A DNA stretch of 60,225 bases. Origin: Bigelowiella natans CCMP2755. Its lineage: Eukaryota; Protista; Cercozoa. The stretch is from contig ADNK01001729.1 of NCBI GenBank assembly GCA_000320545.1, positions 1 through 60,225 on the forward strand, written 5' to 3'. Below, one piece after another: positions 37,070 through 48,886 of this stretch (position 1 is its first letter; every line of letters begins with the position of its first letter). The position numbers and the translations under genes were made by a program. Under the pieces are notes generated by a model. The model was given only the letters and a program-made list of their open reading frames with translations, made no database searches and was not told where the DNA came from.

Positions 37070-39400
37070 CTGCATTTTGAAAACTGCAAGTGTCTTGCAA
37101 CACTTTGGAAGTGTAGTTTTTCATCATTGTTTCATTGTTTCATTGTTTCAAACATTCGGAGCACAACGAACAGGGCCGTGTGAGCCCTTGCAACGGCAAC
37201 GAGTGTTGTTGAGGCTCTCTGTCATGTGTGAACGCGGTCTCCCATGTGGTTCTGGCGCGTGTGATTTTTGATCAATGCTTCTTTCACGTTTTCATGTTTT
37301 TCATGTGAGCTCATCCAGTCATGCCAGCATGTCCAGTCGGCAAGCTTGACTGCCAGACTGTTCGCCAATCCAATTTTTCCCCGTCGCAATGCTCTCAGCT
37401 TCTTCCTCCTGATTCTGTCATGCTGGCATGTCTGCATGGCTTCGATTGCTAGTTTCAGTTGCAACCTGCTAGACTGGACACATTCCAACTGTGCCAATGA
37501 ACGACAGGTGGTTCACCTGGCCTCAGCTCATCATCTTGTTGAGGCTCTGCTGCGTGCAAATGCCTGTCTCCCATGTGGTTCTGGCGCATGTAGTTTTGAT
37601 CAACGCTTTCTTCATTGTTCATTGTTCATTGTTCATTGTTCAGCTTCCTCAGATGGGTTGTTAGCTGGTTGTTTTTTTGACTCATCACCAACAGGGTGAC
37701 AAGTCCTTGCAACGACTGTTGTTGAGGCTCTGTTGCACGCACACGCCTGTCTCCCACGTGGTTCTGGCGCATGTGAACTTGATCAATGCGTTGTTCATCT
37801 TCATCTTGGTCTTCGTCTTGACTCACACTTGTTTGACGTGCGCACACGTGCAATCTAGCAATGTTGCTTGCAGCACCAAAGCAGCTGTGAGGCTAGCTAG
37901 CTGGAATGAATGAAGCTAGAAGGTGTTGTGACGTGTCGTCACACAGCTAGACAGTGCACGGCACAAAGCACTTGCGAGTGCAGCTGTGCCATGCCAAGCA
38001 GCACAGCACCCTCTCCGCCAGTCCTCACATTGCATTGCACACTGCGCAAGCCAAAAGATGGAACTGAGAATTGGTCTCACGCGTCACACCTAGACACGCA
38101 GCGTGTTGCACTGCACGCGCACCACACGCACACACACACATTGTTGTGCGCAAATGCAAAAACACGCGCGCGCAAAAGCGTGCAACTGGTGATGAACTTG
38201 CTGTCGCAACCACTAGACCAGTGGACACAACCAGTTCAAACCCACCACAACTGCATCAAATGTGCAACAAATGGCATGAATTTTCAATTGAGAGTCATTG
38301 AGCACGTGTTTGCGCGTTTGTGTACGCCCAGGTGCATGCTTTTTGCGTGCGTGTGCTGAAACTTCGCACGTCCATGAAGCTAGTGTGCACACACCCTCAT
38401 GAGCTTGCAAAACTTGTGGCACGCAAATGCAAATGCGCTAGCGTGTTCAAAAGTGGCAAGAATTTTTCAATTTTCGCCCGCTGGCAGGCGTTGAAAAGTG
38501 AGGTTTTCAAGCTGAAATTCGAAAAAAAAATCAAATTTGAACCTCAAACAGGCTCCAGTGTGCTTCCAATGTCCAATTGCAACGATTGAGCGCGCCAGGC
38601 CGCACGCGCAAAGCACAGTTTGTTCAAAACCCACTCGTTGCCGGGATTGATGCAGTTGTGACAAGCACTGGTTCAGTGGATCTTCAATGAATGAAAAAGT
38701 CATGGCTTGGAAAATGTTGACAATGATTATGATGATGTTGCTTCTTGCAGTGTTCCTGGAGTGCAATCTGGAGTTTTGCCAGCATGGATCGGGTGACTTG
38801 CTTCACGACAGCACAGGCGGACCAGCGAACCTGGTTTTCCCAGCAGTCATGATCCTCATCCTCAACGTGACCATGTCATGCAAGCGGCAGCTAGAAACAG
38901 CATGGCATCATGCAAAGAGCGCCCCCTTTTCCCTTTCACAGAGGTTCCATTTGAATTAGTACCCCGTTCCAGCGTTGTGTGGAGAAAAGAAGACGCATGC
39001 TTTTGCCCGCGTTCTTTTTCGATGTGCACGCAGTCCAAAACAGATTGCATCATCACACCACAAGCATGTCCATTTGGAAGCACACGTGACAGGCAACTGC
39101 TCGCAATGCTAGAATGCCGTGCAGAGGCGTGGCGTGCTGCATGGACTGGTGGAAACAAACTGCACTCTGGCACTGACTGATCACAGCATGGCTTTGCATC
39201 ATGGCAGAGTGTAACATTCTGAAACCAAAGAAATGACAATATGCTCCTCATGGAACACCCTGAGATCTGGCATCTTCTTGGAATGGAGTCGGAGCTGAGT
39301 GAGCGCCTTTGACCTGAGACACCGACAAAAAATGTTGCTGATGCAATTTCCGATTTCGAGACGTCATGTTCTACAAACCTCACATGTCTGATTGTCTGCG
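37070..39400. repeat. Largest TpA-depleted, CTAG-sparing island (decayed repeat or coding remnant)
   Basis: About 22 TA in ~2.3 kb, about 13 of them in CTAG. TA-free runs at 37116-37449 and 38441-38727. Three diverged ~80-bp repeats start at 37208, 37538 and 37721. Confidence 0.85.
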
Positions 39401-39461
39401 TGCGTGTTGCTATTCATGGAGCTCTGTGTGTGTGGCAGTAGGCGCTTCATTGTTCCTTCGA

Positions 39462-39499
<38 letters not shown>

Positions 39500-39867
39500 C
39501 ATGCAGGTGCCGATCCTTACTAGTTCAAGATACGTCTCCTGAGCTTCCAGTTTCCCCAATTCACCCTGATTGCGAAGAGATGACGAAGAACTCAGACCTT
39601 GAACAACTTTCCAAAACAACATAATGTTGTGTGGCATTGCATCTGCCGATTCTTGATATGTTCGTTCACAGAAATTGGTTTGTTGCAACGAATCGTTATC
39701 AACAATATGTATGTATATACATATATTATATATATATGTAAATCATAATAATTGACAAAACGGATCTCCAACTGAGATGTTACATTCCAACGCGATTTAA
39801 TGTAACGACAACACCAGACAACAAGTAGCTCACCGCAATAGGAAGGAACTACATGAGCGCACACGTA

Positions 39868-39908
<41 letters not shown>

Positions 39909-40775
39909 ACAGACACACACGCGCGCACACACCATGAATCACAAAGAAAAGGGAAAAACAAGCCCCTGCATTTACTAGCCAGATAAACAACGAGTTGTTA
40001 CGCATGGGCATAGACACGATGATTCATATATCTCATTCTTGAAAACTACCTTAGCCACTCTGCAAGCAAGAGAGAGAATATCACAATATCTGATATTTAC
40101 AGATCAACATACGCATATTAAATCACAGGAGGATTTATTTATGCAAATTAAAAGAGTACGACACCGAAACGGACGTTTATGAGACAGAGCAGCAGCTAAC
40201 AACTATAAGGATCAACAATCTCGCATATCATTACGGAATCGGCGTGGCTCTCATCTTGGATTCTTGGTGTAATATGGACAAAAACGACTCGAAGTTTAGC
40301 GGTCCTAGCTCAGCGGTCTAATAGTCCACACCACCACCATCCAAATGATTGTTGCGCCGCATAAAAGAACAGCTAATCGCTACACATGCACTATTGATGA
40401 GTAATCAAGTGGGGGGGGGGAGAGGGGAGGGGATGAATGACCTTTTGGAGAATGGAATTACTATCTTCGTCGCCACCAAGGATCTCACTCTTCATGAAAT
40501 GCACGCATGGAGACATTGTCATAATTGGTGTGTGTATATGTGTAGGCATATGTGTATATATTTATGTGTGTGTGTGTGTTTAGTTATTGACGTGTTCTCC
40601 TCCTCATGATGATCATCATCATCGTCAGCATCGTCATTATCATCATCATAATCATCACCGCCTCTTCGCTACATATTGTCCCGCTGCCATCTCTATCCAT
40701 TATCTGTTAGTGTGTGGTAAATATCAACGATGGAAGATTAGGCTGCCAATGGTATTATAGTGCATGCGTTTGAGA

Positions 40776-40831
<56 letters not shown>

Positions 40832-41073
40832 CGTATACACAAACGACAAACACACACAAATGGGGATGTCATATCGATATAAATACAGTACGGAAGTGCC
40901 CCATCTCATCACAATGCGAACATACGACTACGGCATACGTTTATAGCATCAACGACATGGACTTACATGAGTACATACATGCAAATATGCGTGCATTGCT
41001 TGTCTCCTCTTTCTCCCCCCCCCCCTTCTCTCTCTCACTCTCTATCTCTCTCTCACTCTCTATCTCTCTCTCG

Positions 41074-41118
<45 letters not shown>

Positions 41119-41636
41119 TAATTATATGTGTGCGTGCGTGTGTGTGTGTGTGTGTGTGTGAGTGATGCGGCTCTGCTTACACTAAACAACTCTGCAGCTG
41201 CTTCGGTGTCCTATGATGATAACATTCACAGCCGCCAATTCTCATTGACATAATTGCATCGGTCGGTAACAACATCATACCTACTAAGAATGCTACACAC
41301 ACCCAAGCACATTACGTAACAGTAATCATCTATTGGGGTTGCGTGTTCTTTCTTCTTTGTCTTCTTCTTTTCCTTCTTTTTCCACTGCCATGCTCGATGC
41401 ACAATGATAGTTACGTATCGCTGTCAAACTATGATATTGTTGCCTGTATTGTCCATTGGTATTCGTGAGGTGAATGTCTTAATCTACATTTGTAGTAGTA
41501 GCAGCAGTAGTGATAGCAGTAGCAGTATTAGTAGTAGTAGTAGTAGTAGTAGTGGTATCATTACCACGACGAGGAGGAGGAAAAGGATATACACACATCA
41601 CATGGTGTGATACATGTATGTACATGTATATATATA

Positions 41637-41689
<53 letters not shown>

Positions 41690-42904
41690 AAGAAAGAAAA
41701 TCTTCCTCAAAATCTCACTCCTTTTCCAGATCACCACGAATATACCACCAAGTTGTGGTTAACTCTTGAAGCCCCATAAACACCCCTCCATTCTTTCCTT
41801 ATGCGAAGCATTTTGTCATGATTCCCAACACGTCCCACCTCCTGTTTTGGGCGTTGAGTTGCAGCTCTAAGAACGTACATTCGAAAGACAGCAGCATAAC
41901 AACAGAACAACGACAACGACGAATGCTTTCTTATCATTGCATTCAGTCATCGTTAAAACGCTGCACACATAGTAGCTTCGGTACCGAGTAGTCTCGGGTC
42001 GTCTTTGATTTCCACGTCTTCTAGCGCCACGGGGAGCCCATCCTCGTCGCAGTTGTATCCTCCAAACACATAGCCTTTGCACTCGCTGATGATGGCCACA
42101 AGGAGTTGGTAGTGTTAGATGGCAGCCATCTGCTACTAATCTCGTGCACATTGATTCTACTCATGAGTCGTACATAGATGAGGACGCATAAATTTGTCGC
42201 AAGAACAAAACAATGAAAATTGGAATGAGCACGGATTGGTGATGATGCCGAAGTGCCTTCGAGATATACCACATACAAGCAGCAGCACCATGCAGCATTG
42301 CAATTTGGATTTCTCTGAAAACATGTTTCTTGAATTCATTGATAGATTTCTCTGTCTTAGCTCTCTATCTGCAGCACACCTATCATCGATTCGTATGATG
42401 GAGCAATTGGGAGGATTCATATTCACCTACCAATGCATATTGAATGGGCACAGCTACTACTACTATTGCCACTACCGTTATGGCATGATTGTCAATCATC
42501 ATCTTCATCATCATCCTCGGCATCATCGTTATCATCCTTATCATCATCATTATCATCATCATCATTATCATCACCATCAATCATTGTCCTCACCCCTCAT
42601 ACTACCTCAAACCACTCTGGAGATAGATGGCACCACATCATGATGAAAGCACGAATGGTAACACCGTGAGAGACTATTATCACGTTCTCCACGGAGTCTC
42701 TCCCTACGCTCCTACGTTCAACAGATAAAGCACAAACACATGATAAACACACATACTTTAGTAGGTACACGTAAAACATCATAAGTTGCGCATATCAATT
42801 CGTGTTAGCTAATAATACATTCCATACAACATCAGCGGGACATGATCTCATTGCGCGCGCGTGTGCGTGCGTGTGTATATGTGTGCATGTGTGTTGCGTG
42901 TGTC

Positions 42905-42940
<36 letters not shown>

Positions 42941-44759
42941 AGTGTTGTTGACCATTTTGGCAGTCGATCCCTAGTGATGGTTTCGAATAGATTGGCTACC
43001 TGAGAAAGAGAAAGAGGGTGAAAGAGAAAAATACCAAGAAAAAGAAAGAGGATGGAAGAGGAAAATACTGGTTGGAATGGAAGAGGCCAAATAAAACGGT
43101 GAAGGCACTCAGTCACGCAACAATACACATACATTTTCACAAAGGCAAATCATTATGCCGACAATAGAGTAGCTGCCTATTCCAAATCACTTAAATGGAT
43201 CTCATATAACATACACAACACACACATAGAGGAAAGAGAGAGAGGGAGAGAGAGAGAGCATACGCATATGATGACAAATCACCCGATTGCTACTACCCGA
43301 GTACAGACATCGAAGCAAGATTCTCCCATTGGCATTCTGGCCCAGTATTTTCCCTGATGTTCCCTTAAACGTTGCATGCGGCCCCACTCGACGGGGTATC
43401 TGTAATATGCCGTCATTTAGTCATCTATGCAAAAGAACACTGCTTTGATTCATAAAAGATGCTAGGGCTGCTAGCCGTGCCCCCGTCGTGATAACCCATC
43501 GTCATAATGTATATCTTATATGCCGCGCATATATTGTTACTTCTCTTTGCCGTCCTCCATTCCTGACCCTTCGAATAGGCCCCAATCCTGCTCGACTAGG
43601 AAATCAAATACGGGGATAAGCATTGACCATGAAATTACAATAATAAGCATTACCATAGATTAAGAGGAAAAGGCGGAATAAATCAGGTTCTTGTCAGTAT
43701 TTATGTGTCGTAAGAAATTCGAACAGAAGACAACCTACATTGTCATTTACACGCGCTTCCTCTCCTCCCCCCCCCCCCCCCCCCCCCTACCTCTCTCTTT
43801 CTCTCTCTCTCTCTCGCTCTCTCTCGCTCTCTCTTGGTATATACAACCAAGAAAAGGCGATTCTTTAACATCGTGGATCCAATCTCCTGTAACGTATGTT
43901 AAAAATAGCGGATCACACACGAAGAAGCATTCTGTGACAGTGTACGTGTGCACAAGAACACGAAAAATAACGTGTTTTGGCTAGTCATCGATCATAAAAA
44001 GCTTTCACCTGCGGCTGTAGTGAGTATCCCATCTGCTGTTTGGCGTGTGCGTTTAAATGGGGACACCCACATGCGACCTACATAGCATCATGCCAACATT
44101 ATATTCAATACAACATCAACACCAACACAACCTCTCATTTCATTTTTCTCTTCCCCTGGCTAAAGTATTATATACTACTGATAATGCGATACTCTGTGTA
44201 AGTTCCCCTAAAACTACAGCGTGAGCCGACACAACATTAACATATTCTTGTGCGTGTTTATCCTTCTGATCAACAGTATAGGCAGATTGCTTCTGCATGC
44301 ACGTCATGAAGTGTTCCTACATAGTCCCATCTTCTCAGGAGTCCCGAACATTTGCTTGAACTGCTCGTCGAGGGCCCTTCCTGCATTCTCGGCCATCTTT
44401 TCACCCTGCCATCGTGGAGTGAGTACAATACGCCGTCATTTGGATGTGAGGCAGGTGCACGTTAGTTTTGCGGTCTTCTCGAGTACCCTCTCAGTTAATG
44501 GCAGCTTGTGATCTGGCATACATTTATAAGCCGCGGGGTCAACATTTGCAATGGATTCCCCATGCCTGTGGATAATATAGATAAAGGTGAGAGGAGAGGA
44601 GGGCGCGAGAAATATTTAAGATGCAAAGGAAAATCGACGGTAACTCTCACCCTCCAACCCCCCGCCTTTCAATCTCAACTCTAACGCCACGAACCTTATC
44701 AGCCATATTCGGAAATGCTTTACTGGCCTCACCCGAAATGCGTTAAGCAGCAACGACAT
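39400..44759 (-). CDS. Multi-exon histidine phosphatase (phosphoglycerate-mutase-like, branch 1) protein
   Basis: MSLLLNAFRVRPVKHFRIWLIR|HGESIANVDPAAYKCMPDHKLPLTER (RHG motif), WVSPFKRTRQTA, VEQDWGLFEG, KYWARMPMGESCFDVCTR, ENVIIVSHGVTIRAF and NPPNCS. Both ends approximate. Confidence 0.85.
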
Positions 44760-45115
44760 ATCTGCTAGTCGGAGGGAGGGAGGGGAAGTGCTCTAACAAT
44801 GCCTCCTTCGTTCAGACATAACCCACTCACAAAATCATTTAATAAAATCGCATTTTGGAGGGCATTTTACCCAATAATGCGATTCCTTTCTCAAGAAACC
44901 CAGCAACGATTTCAGGTGAATCGTCGCTAAATGAAGATTCATGGCGATTTGGGGTTGCGACACATACTCCGACCACACTACCATCATTGGCAGTCTGTTG
45001 TTACTGTTGTAGAGGAGTGTTGAAATAGACTAAATTTTAAGCGTAGTTTGACGTACCCTTTTTAGATGAACGCACGTTTGACCTACTCTCCAGCGGTGCC
45101 CCTCAGGGACGATCC

Positions 45116-45888
45116 ATGGCGGTGACAGCGAACACGCCGTGGGCGGCCGCCCTTCTGTTCAGCGTCGTCGTCTTCATGATGGGCGCTTCTTTCAGATCGA
45201 AGAGAAACGGTGCGTTCGACTCTTTAGCTAAATGCGCCAAATTCCGGCGATTGCTTGATGCTGCAAGAGGAGGGGGGCTCCCTTTGAAGTTAATAACACC
45301 ATTCGAATACTCGCCAAGACTTGGCTAGCAAGAAGCGATCATAGCATATGAATGTGATTAATTAAGTGGCCGAATGTGTATAGGTCTCGCCTCCTCCCTC
45401 ACATCCACAAAGTTGGCGTTTACGTCAATTATCCCCAAGGGACTCAGCAGCGCACCTGCAATGATCTCCAGAGGGCACAGAGAATGTAAGTCAACCTGAC
45501 AACAGGGGGGGGGGGGGGGTGATAGCTTAGATCAAAACGCGATTTTTCTATTGCCTTTGTCGTCTCAAAAGAATGCAGATTTTTAACGTTGATGTCGCAC
45601 TCCCTCTATCAATCCACAGGAGTACTTTGAGCTCTTAACGAATAATTTCCATTAATGATCACAATTTTCCCTGCAAATCATCACGCATATTGCTTCAGTG
45701 ACCAGCAAATACGACATACGACAGTTTTATTGCCTCATTGCATAATTTTATCCATACAGCTGCGGAGCGGATTCGTAGTAGAATCGACACGCCACGATGC
45801 ACGCTAAGAGCAAAGCTAAAAGCTATGAGCACGCACAAAGCAGCTTCGGAGACGCAATTGAACTATGCGGTAGTATTATTATTATTGT

Positions 45889-45925
<37 letters not shown>

Positions 45926-46769
45926 TGTTGTTGTTGTGGTGGTGGTAGTGGCGGTGGTGGCGGTGGTGAAAGTAGTGTAGCAATAATGATTTAACTATCT
46001 GCAAAACTGATGCTGGATACCATTCTTCTGAGAGCGTAAGATGTAGTTTTATCCTTCTAGCCCAGTTGTTAATGAATGAAAGTTTCTAATGCCGTGCACC
46101 CCTTTATAGTGTGGGTTTTACTTGTTTTGGCGCATTGTATCATTCATGGCCAACGAGAAGAAGGCTAACACCCGAAATCAGCTTTTTGCTCTGTAGAAGT
46201 CGTCATTATATGATATACCATTGTTTGCGTTTCGCACTGGAATTGTGAGTAGATTAACACAGTGATGACGAAGGACCCCATTAGCGTAGCTCCTTCCGAT
46301 GGCATTCTTGATGCTGCAAAAAAGATGATTGACCGGGGACTTGCGGGTAATACTGCGCTTCGCAACTGTGATACATAGCAATACATGTGAGCGCAACAGC
46401 AATGGTGACAGGATATAAGGATTGCAGTGAGGAGGGAAAGAAGAAGATGAAGAAGAAAAAATAGACGAATACATCCAAAATCATTTCTTCAGAAGCCATT
46501 ACTATGGTGTGTCTTAAAACGCGCTTTCCTTATTGCTCACCATGTATCATACCGTAACAATTCCCAACGACATCATTGCTGTTGATATGATCTCAATGAT
46601 GCGTGCAATACACAACAAGGTCTGCCAGTTGTCGAAAATGGAGAATTCGTTGGAATGGTCAGTTGTTGCTCTCAACGCACGCTCTTTTGGTTTTGAATCC
46701 AACGCTCTAGTGTGCAGCATAGTTTCCTACTCTTGAGGGGATTCCAATCCATCAAAAAAACAACACAAT

Positions 46770-46812
<43 letters not shown>

Positions 46813-47844
46813 AAAACTCACAATTGCCACTATCAGGTGAGCGACATTGATGTGATGACATCAGAGCTGATGCCTGGTAATGATGATGATTGAGGAAATG
46901 GACAAAAGAATAATGATGATGAAGTGGGGGAGGCAGAGGAGGGGGCTGGTGGAATATCCTCCAAGCGATATCATAATAGATTTGTGTTGCTTACGTGTTT
47001 TTGAATAACGACTGCACATAATAAAACCATATGCACATTTATGGTAAAGCTAAGCTATTGCTGCCCGTAATTTGAAGGCGTTCGAGGGAGGATTGATGAT
47101 ATGGACTCCATTTTCCCATCTCCCGGTAGTTGTAGTAGTAGTAGAAGTAGCAGGGCACCATCCATCCACAACGTATTTATTTGCGAATCGATTGCTTCGT
47201 TTAAACAGATTATCGTCTTTGCCGATATTTTCCTTCGCCACACCTTTCGCCTCATCGTCCTCCTCCTCCTCCTCCTCCTCCTCCTCCTCACCATTCTTCT
47301 CTTCTTTCCTCCTCCCCTCATCTAAATTGTGGATTAATTCACTTTGAAAAACCAATGGCTTGCATTAGACGTTGACTGGTCCTCCTTTCGCTCATTGAAG
47401 AAACAACTAAAGAAGATCTCGGTGAGTCATCATCATCGATCATATATCGCCAATTATACATATGCATAGATAAGTGTATATATGTGCATATATTATATGC
47501 ATATATGTGTACGAAAGCATTCCGGTTTTGTGGAAAATCCCCTACGGAGTCTCTCCCTCCTCTAAGATTGGATATGAGGTGCATCATATGTGGTGATGAA
47601 AAGGGTCAATCAATCGCTGAACTGATGACACCGGCAAGTGACGTAAGGGCTGTGCGGCCGGACTCCACAGTTGATGCCGTGGCAAACGTCCTTATAAGGT
47701 AGCAGCAGGCACCCTCTCCCCTCTCTATCAGCACGTACGCATCAACATAAATAATGATACCCCGGAAGAGCTGCGAGCGACGGAAAGATGCACCTTTTTA
47801 TTTTTACATCTAGAATTTGATGCCTGCGCGCGCGCGCGCGCGTG

Positions 47845-47887
<43 letters not shown>

Positions 47888-48080
47888 TGGTATACATAAT
47901 TGCGTGTTGAATTCATATCATATCTCTTTGGCATCATAATGTCGGGCCATAAGGCATAGACTACGTCGCGTGCCGGTAGTAGAAGATGGAAAGCTTCTAG
48001 GTATAGTCACTCGGGGCGATATTCTTCGTTCGGGCATCAAGCGTATCGTCGAAACTTCGGAGCAGCAGGCCTCAAAATAA
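45116..48080 (+). CDS. Stand-alone CBS-pair protein (CBSX1/2-like) with a bipartite signal plus transit leader; probably plastid-targeted
   Basis: Hydrophobic MAVTANTPWAAALLFSVVVFMMGAS is followed by the Ser/Thr/basic GLASSLTSTKLAFTSIIPKGLSSAPAMISRGHR. CBS motifs: VMTKDPISVAPSDGILDAAKKM...GLPVVENGEFVGMVSDID and IAELMTPA...RLRRVPVVEDGKLLGIVTRGDIL. Confidence 0.85.
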
Positions 48081-48886
48081 AGACGATTAATGTAACACGA
48101 TGACTGATCTCTGCACAGCCATACTTGCATGAATGTGCGAGTTCTAACATGCTAGCATGCAATATTTGTGTGTAATGTAATGTCAACCTAGCTAGCTAGC
48201 AAGGCTAGAAGGGTGTAGTGCATGGCTAGAGGGTTCTATTACTACATCTAGTACATGCTAGCACTAGTGCATGCATGTGTGCGAAGCACACTAGTACAGC
48301 ATTTACTAGCACAAGGGCGCATGCGCGTTTGCTTCACACTAGTGCACATCACAGCATATCTAGATGTGTCTTGATATGTCTATATTTGTCAAAGCTAATT
48401 TTATAAATTCCAGAGCTAGAGAGTAAAGTGCTGAAAAATTGCTATGTGTACGTACGTACATCAAGACTTGTTTCATGCACTCTAGCAACGACATATGCGA
48501 GACTGCATTCATGTGCAATAAAATGAGCTTCCTGTGAATTTTATTTTAAATGTTTAATGATGAATTACAACAAAAACAGACAAAATACAAAAAGGCTCCT
48601 AAAACTTAAGCTTTAATGATGGATACATAGGCAGTGATGCACATAGCGATTTCGAAACAACTCATTACTACTTTTCAGTGCCTTTACAAAATGAAATTTG
48701 CTCTGTACTTTCACGCTTTGTACATTGCATGCATGAACCTGACAGAGATAAAAACTGAACTATATAGAGTCTCACAGTACCATGAGCACCTTTGTAACTC
48801 TAAGAATCGGCTCGAGTCACATCTACCAAGTCTGAGGCGTTGTTACGGACACATGTCTAGAAGTTCTGCTTTGCTATTTTGTAGTG

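Noticed and set aside
37077-39383. Dense overlapping 60-170 aa ORFs on both strands as real genes
   Set aside because: They are Tyr-free and His/Cys-rich, and are explained by loss of TAA and most TAG stop codons in TpA-depleted DNA. No protein family is recognisable.
31790-39400. Classical RIP or methyl-CpG deamination as the cause of the TG/CA excess
   Set aside because: Those processes deplete CpA or CpG and raise or leave TpA. Here TpA is what is lost and CpG is plentiful (e.g. cgcgcgcgc at ~38165).
42194-42669. His-rich and Ser-rich ORFs on the + strand
   Set aside because: They are translations of a (CAT)n-type intronic repeat antisense to the phosphatase gene. The same applies to the many VCVC/HTHT/YIYI/ERER ORFs in the track.
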